Shown here piece by piece: positions 53,896 to 64,000 of a stretch of DNA of 64,000 nucleotides. Origin of the DNA: Obrimoposthia wandeli (lineage: Eukaryota); assembly GCA_977020255.1 (NCBI GenBank), contig CDROCS010000014.1:248001-312000 (forward strand). Reading direction: 5' to 3'. The position numbers and the translations under genes are program-made. Position 1 is the stretch's first letter, and each line of letters begins with the position of its first letter. The notes under the pieces were generated by a model, which saw nothing but the letters and a program-made list of their open reading frames with translations, was not told the origin of the DNA and did no database searches.

Positions 53896-54577
53896 TCTTG
53901 TGCAACACAGTCGCGAGCAGAAAATCGTGCACTTGCTGGAGCGTCTGCAAACAGTCAATCCCGCCATAGACATGCGTAGCCTTGTCCTCGATAGCGTCTT
54001 CTTCAATCTGCGACCTTTGGAGCTGGCCCTGCTGCTGGGTCGTCTGGGCCTCGCCAAGGTCATCTGTGAGCTTCCTGGCGTCTACAGGGGCCCCACAAGT
54101 AGTCGGAAGCAGTGTGAAGGGCCACTCACCATGGAAACATATGATTTCTGTGAGTACTCGCCCTTCTACCGCGACAGCGACAGCAATAACGGTGACTCGC
54201 GCTTCTTCCTGAATCCGCTGCGGCTGCTCACCATGGTCAGCTACCAGAACTTAGCCACTCTCGAGATCTCTGGACTTGCCGGCCATCCGCTCGTCTCCTC
54301 GCTTCTCTGGACTCTGATCAAACGTAACCTGCCGCATGCAGTCTTCAATATCATCTCCACATTTGTGTCACTCTGTCTTTACCTATTCTTTCTCGCGCCC
54401 TCACATTATAGAGCCATCTACATCACCATCTATGACAATGCTCCCGACAATCACACTGCTCTGGGATCCACTACACGCTTCTGCAACGAAAACAGGTCTG
54501 TCTTCACTGCTGCCGCAATTAGCAATAGAAACACCAACAACAGCAACCAATTCGGAGATGTCCCCAGCGTATTCAAG
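53896..54577 (+). CDS. TRPV-like channel, coding exon 2 (last ankyrin, linker, S1)
   Basis: tgcag| acceptor, phase 2. LRPLELALLLGRLGLAKVI (TRPV last ANK), GP..METYDFCEY (GP..LYDL.E), HPLVSSLLW (EPLNRLLQDKW), then a TM segment. Best phase-0 donor is AAG|gcgagt. Confidence 0.82.
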
Positions 54578-55563
54578 GCGAGTAATAACTGCTTCATTTA
54601 GATTTATTGCAACTTCATTTCAAAAATAATCTCAGACAATAAAAGATCTCTGTACAGATGATTTATGAACCCCGTTGAGTCTGGGTTTTCGAAAATTTGC
54701 ATATTAGAACTACATAGAATGATAGGGAAACATGAATATTACTTTTTCGTTATCTATTCAGATCTGTTGATTGGTACTAAATCTACACATTTCAAACCAC
54801 CACAAAAAGCCAAAAATAAACCAGCTTTTATGTGAACGTTCTCACCAAAACAAGAGTTTAAGTCAGAAGTTAAACAACTTGCTCTACACCTACACGTTTC
54901 TTACATAACCACCCTCAAACTATTTCAACAGCATTGTTAGTCGTGGATACACTTGTAATGTTTATCCATGAAACAAACGATAATGGTTATTAATATTAGA
55001 AAACATTGACCGAATTGTACTGGAATCTAGCTTTCTTTTTTGTTTTAGTTAGTCAATTATTGTTAAAGCTCTTCGTTTAGTCGCCGATATTTTAGATTCA
55101 TATTTGAAAAAAAAATCCAAATATCAATACATTCCTTCGCACTTTTTATTGCAGGGATTGTATACAAAATTTCTTCACTTGAACGTTTCATGTTGACTTA
55201 ATCATTAAATTAAAAATAAAATAGGCTGTTTGGTGCTGATATAGGTAGCAGTGGAAAGTTTCATCATTTTAAAGGAAGTAACAGAAGTAACTAACATTAA
55301 ATATATTTGTAATCGAAAAATGAAGAAACTGATTTAAAATACTCACTTTAAAGCAATAGAATTTTCCTCTGCGAATTAAATTGAATTGATTTTTTTAATA
55401 TATTTCTATACATTTTTTACTCGATCGCTATCTCTCTCTTATAAGCAAAAATATCATCGCATAGAAAATAGCACTTTCCAATTTCAGTAAACACTATAAA
55501 TGCATATAGAATAGATATCTTAAAAATAGTGAATTCAGATATTTATACTGAAACTTCTCTCAG

Positions 55564-56023
55564 ATCGGTTACTGTAACTCTGCTTCTCACATTAAGGAAT
55601 GGATCAGCACTCTCAAAATCACGGATGATCGTCCAAATATTATTATGAACTGCCTATTTTCTGTCAAATACCTTCTGGATGTCATCGTCATGTTCTGGGT
55701 CTACTGGAAAAACAAGCTCTCAACCTGTGCCATGATCGATAGGAATGAATTTGTTGGTACCAAGAGCAAGCAAGTCATGCATATTTATTTTGCACTGTAC
55801 ATGAAGACCGCCATTCTTCTGCTCCTACTGTCACTGTGGGTCGTTTTGGCAATGGAAAAAAAAAGTATTACAGCGGGATTCTTCTGGAGACTTCAGCTGT
55901 TTGACTTCCTAAACATCCTGATGGCGGGTCTGCTCATCTTCGACTTTCTCTATCAGATCAGCGTACTACCCAGGATTGGAAGCGTCATTCAGAGACTTCT
56001 GAGATCATTCAGCGTCTTTACAG
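55564..56023 (+). CDS. TRPV-like channel, coding exon 3 (S2-S4 and S4-S5 linker)
   Basis: ctctcag| acceptor, phase 0; several hydrophobic segments; LPRIGSVIQRLLRSF (S4-S5 linker-like); donor ACAG|gttggt (phase 1). Confidence 0.8.
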
Positions 56024-56334
56024 GTTGGTACAAGACAAAATATCAGCCAAATACAGCATATACATTTCTCAGTAATTTAATGATTATTTATAATCAATCA
56101 GATCTATTAATTATGAAATTATACAGGATGTTCAATAAGTAGCTTTACAACTTTGAATTTAAATATTTTTATTATTTTATTTTACTATATTGCTTTGATA
56201 TACATTATTGCCTTAATTCATTTTTGCCATATTTTAACATAGGTAAATTAAAGGATTCTTGGGTAAGATATTAACAATACAAGAAAGAATAAAAGTTATA
56301 GAATACAAGTATAAGATCGAATTTTATGAAGTTT

Positions 56335-56800
56335 AAAAATGAAGCATATTTCCATTTATCTGGTTGTGTAATCGTCATAACAGTGTTTGTTGATATAAAA
56401 ACAATTCACACATAATACCAATAAAATAAGCGACCTCTCCTGGTTCCATTGGTTGCAGAGCCATTCACATTAATTGGAACGTTTTTCTTTGACAAAAAAT
56501 ATGATTGGTAAAAGTTATGTAATGATGCTAAATGACTGGTTTCGCTATTTGTTCAATTTGCTTGAAAATGATCAAAACCTATAAATGATACGTGATGTTG
56601 CACCTAGACGTTACTCAATTTATGTAAGAACATGGTTAGATGATAATTTTGAAGGCCGTTGGTTGGACGGATATGTGCACTAGGATGTCCAAATTAATAT
56701 CCTGACCTCAGTCTGATGGATTTTTATTTGTTGAATAACATCTAGCATGGAGTTTAAAGCACCGATTTCTATCTCTCGATCAATTAAAAAATACGAAATC
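56335..56800 (+). mobile_element. Tc1/mariner DD37D (maT/Tc3-like) transposase fragment in a TRPV intron
   Basis: NEAYFHLSG, IGTFFF, VRTWLDDNFEGRWLG, PDLSLMDFYL; many frameshifts. Confidence 0.75.
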
Positions 56801-57050
56801 ACACGTACTTTTAATATGATATCTAATGAAATGTGCAGTCACATGTGCAATTCATTGAGGGAACGCATTGAATGATGCATACATGCCGAATGAAACATAT
56901 TGGAACATTTATAATACATATATGTACTCTTTATAAACTGTGCATCATGGTTCAATAATATATGGATTTTGAGCTATATTATCTTGAAATCATAAAATTA
57001 CTTATTGAACCCCGTATAATGTATAAATGTGCCACGACTCTTCAATTTAG

Positions 57051-57475
57051 GAATGTCAATCCTCTACTTCTGTTCTCTTATCGTTTTCGGAACCCTCTTC
57101 TTTAACCTGATGCCCTGTCTGCGATTCAAGCGCTATGTTCGTGGAAACAATCTCATTTCGAGCTGGATTGTCGTATTCCACTTGAATCTCAACATCGTGG
57201 ACTTCAGTGACGAAGAATTCGAGCGCATTTGGATCCTACAGGTTTTTCTTGTGTTGGTTTTACCGTTCTTTGTGCTGAACTTCATCATTTCAGTCATCAA
57301 CGAAGAAGTCAACACAGTCTCCAGTCACAGTGACTTGTTCTCGAGACTCTACTGCATGAACTACTTCCTCAGTAACGATGCCATCTTCTACTTTCCCCCG
57401 GTTCGGTGGTTCTGCATCAACATCCTGAAAATGAAGCCCAAAATTGTGAAAGTTCTTATTTCACGTGAAATTTAG
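57051..57475 (+). CDS. TRPV-like channel, coding exon 4 (S5, pore, S6, TRP-box region)
   Basis: tttag| acceptor, phase 1. VLNFIISVINEEVNTVSSHSDLFSRL matches TRPV [26 protein letters not shown]. The 3' end could be the stop at 57475 or a splice to unseen exons. Confidence 0.82.
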
Positions 57476-58659
57476 TTGTGATATGTATAGCAATTCTGCA
57501 CTTAAAGTTCTACTTAAAATATTTTTTACAATTTTATTTTATGGAATATCGTAAAGTTCTTACTAATCTTTTTGTGATCACTTTGGCCGTTGAAATAAAC
57601 TACACGTCTATTATGTTTATTTAAAAAATTATGATTCCTGTGATCTACATCATACTAATATAAAACGTCGTATTTCCAGGTCATATTCACATAACTGACA
57701 CATTCAAAATTAAAATATAATTTTCACGTGAAAGTAAACTCAGTACAGAAGACAACTTATATAACACTATCTAATTGTAAACAGGAAAAATGAACTCGGA
57801 GATATTTCTATCAAAAACAGAATGATACCTAAAGACATGCCTTGCCAAGAAAATGGCTGAAAATCATAAATAATATTCATTAAAAGACTATGATTATTAC
57901 AATAAAAATGAAATGTATTAATATCATTCACAAATATTTAGCCATGGTGAAAGTACAGCTGCTATATGGCATATAAATATCCAATCTCACATTTTACTTT
58001 TCAAACATGTGTCCTCAAACATAAAATTAAGTACTCAGCACAAAATTAGACCCTTGACAATGACTTAAATGACAAATGGTTAGAGGCCTCTGAAACTAAT
58101 AATAGTAGTGTACGACCTTGTTCGCTTCCACCCATGAGTTAATGATCCCTGGATGAATTTTATTGGATAGTGAATATCTTTGTTAAAATAGAATTTCAAA
58201 ATAACAGATAATATTATTTACCACAAAAATGTTAACTATCAAATATTTAATTTTTAATAGAATCACCACAATCAAAACAAAGTTTCATAGTATTTTCGAA
58301 ATAAATAACTTTCGTGCACGGTCTTTAGAAGTTGGCATAAATTACATCGGTTTTTTGCGCATCATCTTTATTTCTAATTCAGAATGAAAACTTGCAATCT
58401 TATAACTACAAAATGCAATGGCCAGTTTCACATTTTGAAGTGATTTAGGCTTAGACAATTTTCCTGGATTTTTGCCATCTCAAAGTTGATAAGCTATTTT
58501 TTGTCACGTTTTTGAGAATTTCTTTTTCACTAAAAAACTATTAAAAAACATTAATATCGGCTTTAATTAATATTTCGTAAACGTTATTTGCGACACTTAT
58601 TTTTGCAAGAAAATATAATGATATGTTTGGCAGATTTATCCCAGGAGGGACAAATCATT

Positions 58660-59000
58660 TTATCATTTTAGTAGGAATGTTTACCGTCACCTTTCCTTCT
58701 ACCAGTTTTATCTTTTAAGTAGTGCTCATCAGTAGTACAATATTCAGAAACAGTAAGAGATTTCCCAAATGAATTTGAAAAGCATGGTGTTCTTATGGAT
58801 GCTTAACGATCTTGTCTATCTCTTTGCAATACATCGCCACATCGTAAGGTTGCTTTTATTGATGTAAAACGTTTTCTAGACAAAGTATCTTTTAATATTC
58901 TTTGTGAGCGACAATAAATTTTCCGTCGATCAGTAGTGACAGCTTATCGTTCCTGTTGCTTTCGATAAAACAAAATAACTGATTTTCTTCTTGATTAATG
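58660..59000 (-). mobile_element. piggyBac transposase fragment
   Basis: DTLSRKRFTSIKATLRCGD (TMSRNRF..I...LHFDD) followed by EYCTTDEH (E..TIDEQ). Confidence 0.6.
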
Positions 59001-59954
59001 GCAATTCCATTTTTTTGTTGATATTATGGATTATATTACAATCATCAATTCACAAAACTTAAGATAGGCTTCTCTTTCTATTTCAAAATTTACTGAAGTT
59101 TTAATTTTGAAATTATTTGATGCAACGTGTCTGTCATCAGATTTTGATTCAAACATTTATTCTTTGGCACTAACACTGCTATCAGAAGAATCTTTATTAT
59201 TTTTTTGAAATAAATTTTCAATGTGTAATTCATCATAATGAATTCTCTATACTACTTCTAGATTTTAATATTCATGTTTTCAATCAGATCTGCATTGTTG
59301 CCTGTATTTACTTCTTCATTCACATGTTCATATTTTTCAATTTCATTTTCTATATCATTTTTGTCGTTCCAAACTGTTATTTATGCTTTTCTTTATTAAA
59401 CTCCTCATTTGTTATACGTTCATTTTGATTTGTAGCTTTATGTAATTGCTAGGAGAATCAAGTTTCCAACTAAAATATCAAAATTGCCGTTAAAATTTAA
59501 TTATTAGCACAAAATACTCAAAGTAATCTTATAGAATCACATTGACAGAAAACATTTTTTATCTTAGTGGCTATTTTTAACTTACTGAATAATTTTCTAT
59601 ATTTGCAAACCACATATCGGTTTCGAGCACCTCCAGTCACAAAATATTTTGTAACAAACAATTCTTATATTAGTAGCCTTTTTTATAAATAATACAAGAT
59701 GTACGAATATTGAATATTGTGAATTTTGATGCCGATCGGAACACGTATTGTTTTATGTCGGAACAACAATGTAATTTAAAATGCTACAAAAGTAATCGCT
59801 GTTCAATGCGGTTCTCAATATTCTTAAGCAAATCCCACTGTCAGATGATCCCATTCTGCAAATAGTAATGTCGAGGATTTAAAAGTTTTTACCGATGTTC
59901 TGCATTCATTTTGGAGATAATAATTACATATATTGTGGCATTAGTTATTATAGC

Positions 59955-60410
59955 GAGGTATAGCATTGCTTCATCTTATCGGTATATCTTAAATCATGTA
60001 AATTTCTCTCTAACGCTGTCTTATAAACTTCAAGACGTTTAGGATGGCCAGCAGCCAGAAATTCTTGAACTAGTTTATATTTACATGCCTCCATTTTTTC
60101 CAATTTCAATTTTTTTACAGATGTCATTGAAACATTGAATTGTTGCGATCCATCTTTTGAGAATTAAAACCACAATAACAACTTTCTTCTCTTCTTCATT
60201 TTAGTGTTGCTGTGTTTTAGGTTAACTGACTCTTGAACGAACAAGCAGTGTTTCTTTTAATCACATTCGACAATTATTATTATCCTGTCTGGAGGGACTT
60301 TATGAAAGTTTTTAGAGAAACGATTCCTTACTCTTTCATTTTTTCTTTCAAAAATTGAATATCAAACTATTGCTGGAATTTCTTCATTTATAAAGTCGTT
60401 GTAATTCATG
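59955..60410 (-). mobile_element. Tc1/mariner DD37D-type transposase N-terminal fragment
   Basis: VRNRFSKNFHKVPPDR (HTH), CKYKLVQEF...HPKRLEV (PYKIQLVQEL..D..KRLEF), DEAMLY. Confidence 0.65.
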
Positions 60411-61778
60411 TTTACCACATGATCAAACGACTTTAATGATTAATAGATGATCAAATGACAAAACGTGTAAAATTGCTTCAAAAATAATATTAAAACAAAA
60501 CATTTTTTTAAAAAATTGGCGGGAGGCTCAATATTTATTTTTTTAAAATTAATTTACTACTAAAATATTTTCAGTCTAACTTAACTTACTTATTTGCAAA
60601 AATATAGGTGAACCAATAAAGTCAGAATGCATCAGAGTGAAAGAAGAAAAGAAGTAGATGGAAAACAATGAGTCGCTATTATTTTTTGTGATCTTATGTT
60701 GTAAAAGTAGAAAGTATTTAAAAAAATGACAATTAAGTTTTTAAGTTCGTATATAAAATTATTTTTATATTTATTTATATCATTTGTTGACGAAATGGAC
60801 TGTGGAAGCCATTTCTCTCAGTCATTCATATACATAAATATAAAACTTTACTCGTTGTTATATTAACGGAACAATGAGCAATGTGTACAATGCAATTTAG
60901 TTATGAACTGTAATTTTTACTATTGATGACGCTGTAACCCTAAAAAGATGATTTTTATAGAAAAAACATTAAATTATGCATAGCTTTCATTCGCCAACAT
61001 CCCCGATTGCGTTTCATTAAAATGTAGGTAATGGCTAATACCACCCAAAGCATTTAAATGAAGAGTTTATTAATGAATCATGTCTTGAATGACGAGGTAA
61101 CCTTGATTGTGGACGATTTGCAGCTTTGTGAAAATATTTTCCAATACAAATTTATTAACGTTACTTCAGCTTTTAGCCATTCTAAAACTTCTTAGATCGA
61201 ACCTAAGAAAACCAGAATAACGAACGAGCCCCTGGGTTAGAGCCATAAAGAGCCATAAACAAGCCCAATTTACTTGACTAATCATTAAGTTATAGTCCGT
61301 GTCAATAAACTAATATATGCGAAATTCTTTCTACGACTGTTTACAAAGGCGCAAATATAACAATCCCTAGAGAAGTGATCTTCAAAGACACTGAGATAAA
61401 TATCTAATAAATATATTTTGGATGATTAAGTAAAACTTGGAGATTAATTTTTGCATAAAATAAACATAAGTTTGAGGAAGTTATAAAATATTATGTTATT
61501 TTGTATGATGTCTGTTGAATGGTTGAATATTTTCAATAAGAAAGACTCAATTAATTCTGAAATATTTGATAAAATAGTTGTGCATACGTATCAATATATT
61601 GACGACATCTGACTCCAACAAACACAATGGTCAGTAATTCGTCCGTCTCATTTAGATCATTATTAACGACTCGAATAAATATGGAAATCTATGCTATATC
61701 GTTTATATTTGTATTCTTGTCATAACAACATGATCAAGAGTAGGTGGATGTGTCCGGTCTAATCCACACCCCCTCGCC

Positions 61779-61854
61779 CCTTGTCCTTTAAAACCGTGCA
61801 TGTGTGTGGAGTGAAATTTCACTACACACACATGCACGGTTTTAAAGGACAAGG
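61779..61854. repeat. Loopless palindrome with 38-bp arms and one mismatch
   Basis: ccttgtcctttaaaaccgtgcatgtgtgtggagtgaaa|tttcactacacacacatgcacggttttaaaggacaagg. Confidence 0.95.
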
Positions 61855-61928
61855 GAAGGGGTCCCAAAAATTTTTTCGCGCCTTTTGGTGCGAAAGGCTC
61901 GGGACTCGTATATGTCACAGACTAGCTT

Positions 61929-62364
61929 CGGTGATGGGCGAATGTCTCGCTCTTGTGTATATCACTAACTACCTCGGGTGATGGGCGAATGTCTCGCTCT
62001 GGTGTATATCACTAACTACCTAGGGTGATGGGCGAATGTCTCGCTCTCGTGTATATCATGGGCGAATGTAATATCACTAACTACTCGGCAATCGAATGTC
62101 TCGCTCTGGTGTATATCACTAACTACCTAGGGTGATGGGCGAATGTCTCGCTCTCGTGTATATCACTAACTAGCTTGGGTGATGGGCGAATGTATCGCTC
62201 TCGTGTATATCACTAACTACCTCGGGTGATGGGCAAATGTCTCGCTCTGGTGTATATCACTAACTACCTAGGGTGATGGGCGAATGTCTCGCTCTCGTGT
62301 ATATCACTAACTACCTTGGGTGATGGGCGAATGTCTCGGACTGCTGTATATCACAGACTTCCTT
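61929..62364. repeat. Tandem array, about 9 copies of a 47-bp unit
   Basis: Unit gggtgatgggcgaatgtctcgctct(g/c)gtgtatatcactaactacct(a/c/t); one rearranged copy near 62058-62095. Confidence 0.95.
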
Positions 62365-62490
62365 GGGTGATGGGTGAAAGTCGACGGGTGTTGGGTGAAA
62401 GTCGACGGATGATGGGGGAAAGTCGATGGGTGATGGGTGAAAGTCGACTGGTGTTGGGTGAAAGTCGACGGGTGTTGAATAAAAGTCGGT
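62365..62490. repeat. Tandem array, about 6 copies of a G-rich 21-bp unit
   Basis: Unit gggtg(a/t)tgggtgaaagtcgac; shares its first 10 nt with the 47-mer. Confidence 0.92.
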
Positions 62491-62769
62491 GTTAGGCGTT
62501 AGGCTGGTGGTGGTTAGTAGGTGGATGTGTCCGGTCTAATCCACACCCCCTCCCCCCTTCTGTCCTTTAAAACCGTGCATGTGTGTGGAGTGAAATTTCG
62601 TGTAGGTGTGTAGAAAACTTTTCTACCCCCCCATCTCAAACACTCAAAATAAATAAAAAATAATAACTCCATTTAACACCCTGTAAATTTTAAAATCTCA
62701 TAATGCTCCCAAAATTTTGATTAAAGTCCTGAGAGGCCAAAAAAATGGCCAAAGCGTGCCCTACGGGCC

Positions 62770-62837
62770 CGCGGTGGATCAACGAGTAATAAATACAGGC
62801 TCGCGGTGGATCAACGAGTAATAAATACAGGCTCGCG
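62770..62837. repeat. Exact 32-bp tandem duplication
   Basis: cgcggtggatcaacgagtaataaatacaggct at 62770 and 62802. Confidence 0.95.
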
Positions 62838-63059
62838 AAAAATTATACGCGAGAAAATGACCTTAACTTGACCTGAAATGAGTTCATTAATTTTTTATAC
62901 CATCCAAACATGTACATTTTTTTTTTTTTTTTTTTTAAAAAAAATATTACTATTTTAAATCCAAATATTAACAAAATTTAAGAAAATAACATAAATTCTT
63001 TGAATAATACGTTTTCATTGGACGTTAAACTTATACAAGAAAATCTTAAGAAAATAGTT

Positions 63060-63324
63060 ATATTTTCGAATAAAATATGTTTTATCCAATGACATTCCAG
63101 CATTCAAACATAGTTAAAAAATTGAGAAAAGCCTACTGATTTTCAAATAAATTATTTGAATACCCAGCCCTCATTGGACGACAAAAGTTTAGTGATATAT
63201 TTTCGAATAAAATATGTTTTATCCAATGACATTCCAGCATTCAAACATAGTTAAAAAAATGAGAAAAGCCTACTGATTTTCAAATAAATTATTTGATTAA
63301 CCCGCTCTCATTGGACGACAAAAG
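63060..63324. repeat. Near-perfect tandem duplication with a 137-bp period, carrying CCAAT/ATTGG boxes
   Basis: Copies start at 63060 and 63197 (atattttcgaataaaatatg...cattggacgacaaaag). Confidence 0.92.
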
Positions 63325-63346
63325 AGGGGTTAGTCTATTATTTTTG

Positions 63347-63354
63347 TATATAAG
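63347..63354 (+). promoter_or_regulatory. TATA box of the 63409 ORF
   Basis: TATATAAG about 55-60 nt upstream of the ATG, preceded by repeated CCAAT/ATTGG boxes. Confidence 0.55.
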
Positions 63355-63408
63355 GAAACCTCTTCATTATTTTTTCATAAATCAAATATCAATAATCAAG
63401 AAGCAAGA

Positions 63409-64000
63409 ATGTCAAATTTCAATAACGTCGATTTGGATGAAGAGACGGAGGTTCAGCTGTATGGAGATCTCTCTCCAGTACAGCAGCGAACGCCACCACC
63501 GGCGCAGTACATTGACTTACTTAGTCAAGACTCGTCGGTGGTGAGTGAAAGAGACGAAGGAGAAGCAGCAGCAAGAGCCCAACTGTTGCTAGAAGAAGAA
63601 CCGCCATTGGCCAGCTCAACTCCAAGAGAACAACCAATGAGCGTGCGAGGTGGGGTACAGAGATCCCAATATATCGATCTGACTAGTCAGGATTCGATAG
63701 AGAATTGGGAAGACTGTACTCCCAGGCTGAACACAGAAGCCAATCGTCCGGCAACTTCAGCAGTAGCAGCAAGGAGATCCAATCTCTTTGACAATTTCAA
63801 GGCGGCAATCAAATGCCCCTGGAAATTGATCCCGCTGTCTCAACCGGAGATAATACTGGCACCAGACTCAGACGAGGAGCTGTTTACTGATGACGTTCCG
63901 TCGGATGGGGAGGAGGAGTGGATACAGCCAAGTATCGGAGCCCCGGGAGCCAACGAGTCCATGGTTGCAGAAATGGATGAAGATGAGTGGGATCTGTTCA
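63409..64000 (+). CDS. Acidic, probably disordered protein N-terminus with repeated SIM-like motifs; runs off the window (at least 197 codons)
   Basis: MSNFNNVDLDEETEV...YIDLLSQDS...YIDLTSQDS...EIILAPDSDEELF...; no stop before 64000; GC-richer than its flanks; absent from the ORF track because it lacks a stop. Confidence 0.75.
   Translation, partial: MSNFNNVDLDEETEVQLYGDLSPVQQRTPPPAQYIDLLSQDSSVVSERDEGEAAARAQLLLEEEPPLASSTPREQPMSVRGGVQRSQYIDLTSQDSIENWEDCTPRLNTEANRPATSAVAARRSNLFDNFKAAIKCPWKLIPLSQPEIILAPDSDEELFTDDVPSDGEEEWIQPSIGAPGANESMVAEMDEDEWDLF

Larger units (their letters stand above)
61739..62599. repeat. About 83-bp direct repeats (61739-61820 and 62516-62599) starting AGTAGG and enclosing tandem arrays; probable mobile-element/viral terminus
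   Basis: Both copies read agtaggtggatgtgtccggtctaatccacaccccctc...gtcctttaaaaccgtgcatgtgtgtggagtgaaatttc. Confidence 0.85.

Noticed and set aside
61703-61981. Two ORFs sharing SFKTVHVC..KFH.THMHGFKGQG on opposite strands
   Set aside because: Artefact of the palindrome, not a gene pair.
61929-62490. CRISPR-like appearance of the repeat arrays
   Set aside because: Units are contiguous with no unique spacers, the context is eukaryotic, and there are no cas genes.
62917-62945. T20 followed by A9
   Set aside because: No TSD or recognisable retroposed body; treated as a simple homopolymer.

Overview
Animal genomic DNA with AT-rich introns and GC-richer exons; the species cannot be identified from sequence alone. 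Two host genes are present. The first is an MTSS1/MIM-like I-BAR gene on the minus strand (ATG 35557, running off the window start; 10 coding exons reconstructed by hand), with introns of 37 and 43 nt next to introns of about 10 and 14 kb filled with decayed transposons. The second is a divergent TRPV-like ankyrin ion-channel gene on the plus strand (53428 to about 57475). Between them (about 40.1-47.1 kb) lies a decayed Maverick/Polinton (adintovirus-like) remnant, recognised by its packaging ATPase and retroviral-type integrase. It is associated with unusual cargo: a TBP-fold gene split by a 37-nt intron, an intact BIR (IAP) ORF, a RING remnant, an acidic SIM-like ORF and, tail-to-tail with the integrase, a histone H4 pseudogene. 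At 61.7-64 kb is what looks like the end of a second, better-preserved element. It comprises a 38-bp-arm fold-back hairpin, 47-bp and 21-bp tandem arrays between ~83-bp direct repeats, a duplicated CCAAT/TATA promoter, and an acidic SIM-rich ORF that runs off the window and is missing from the ORF track. Homology calls come from motifs recognised by eye; no database search was run, and boundaries of degenerate elements are approximate.
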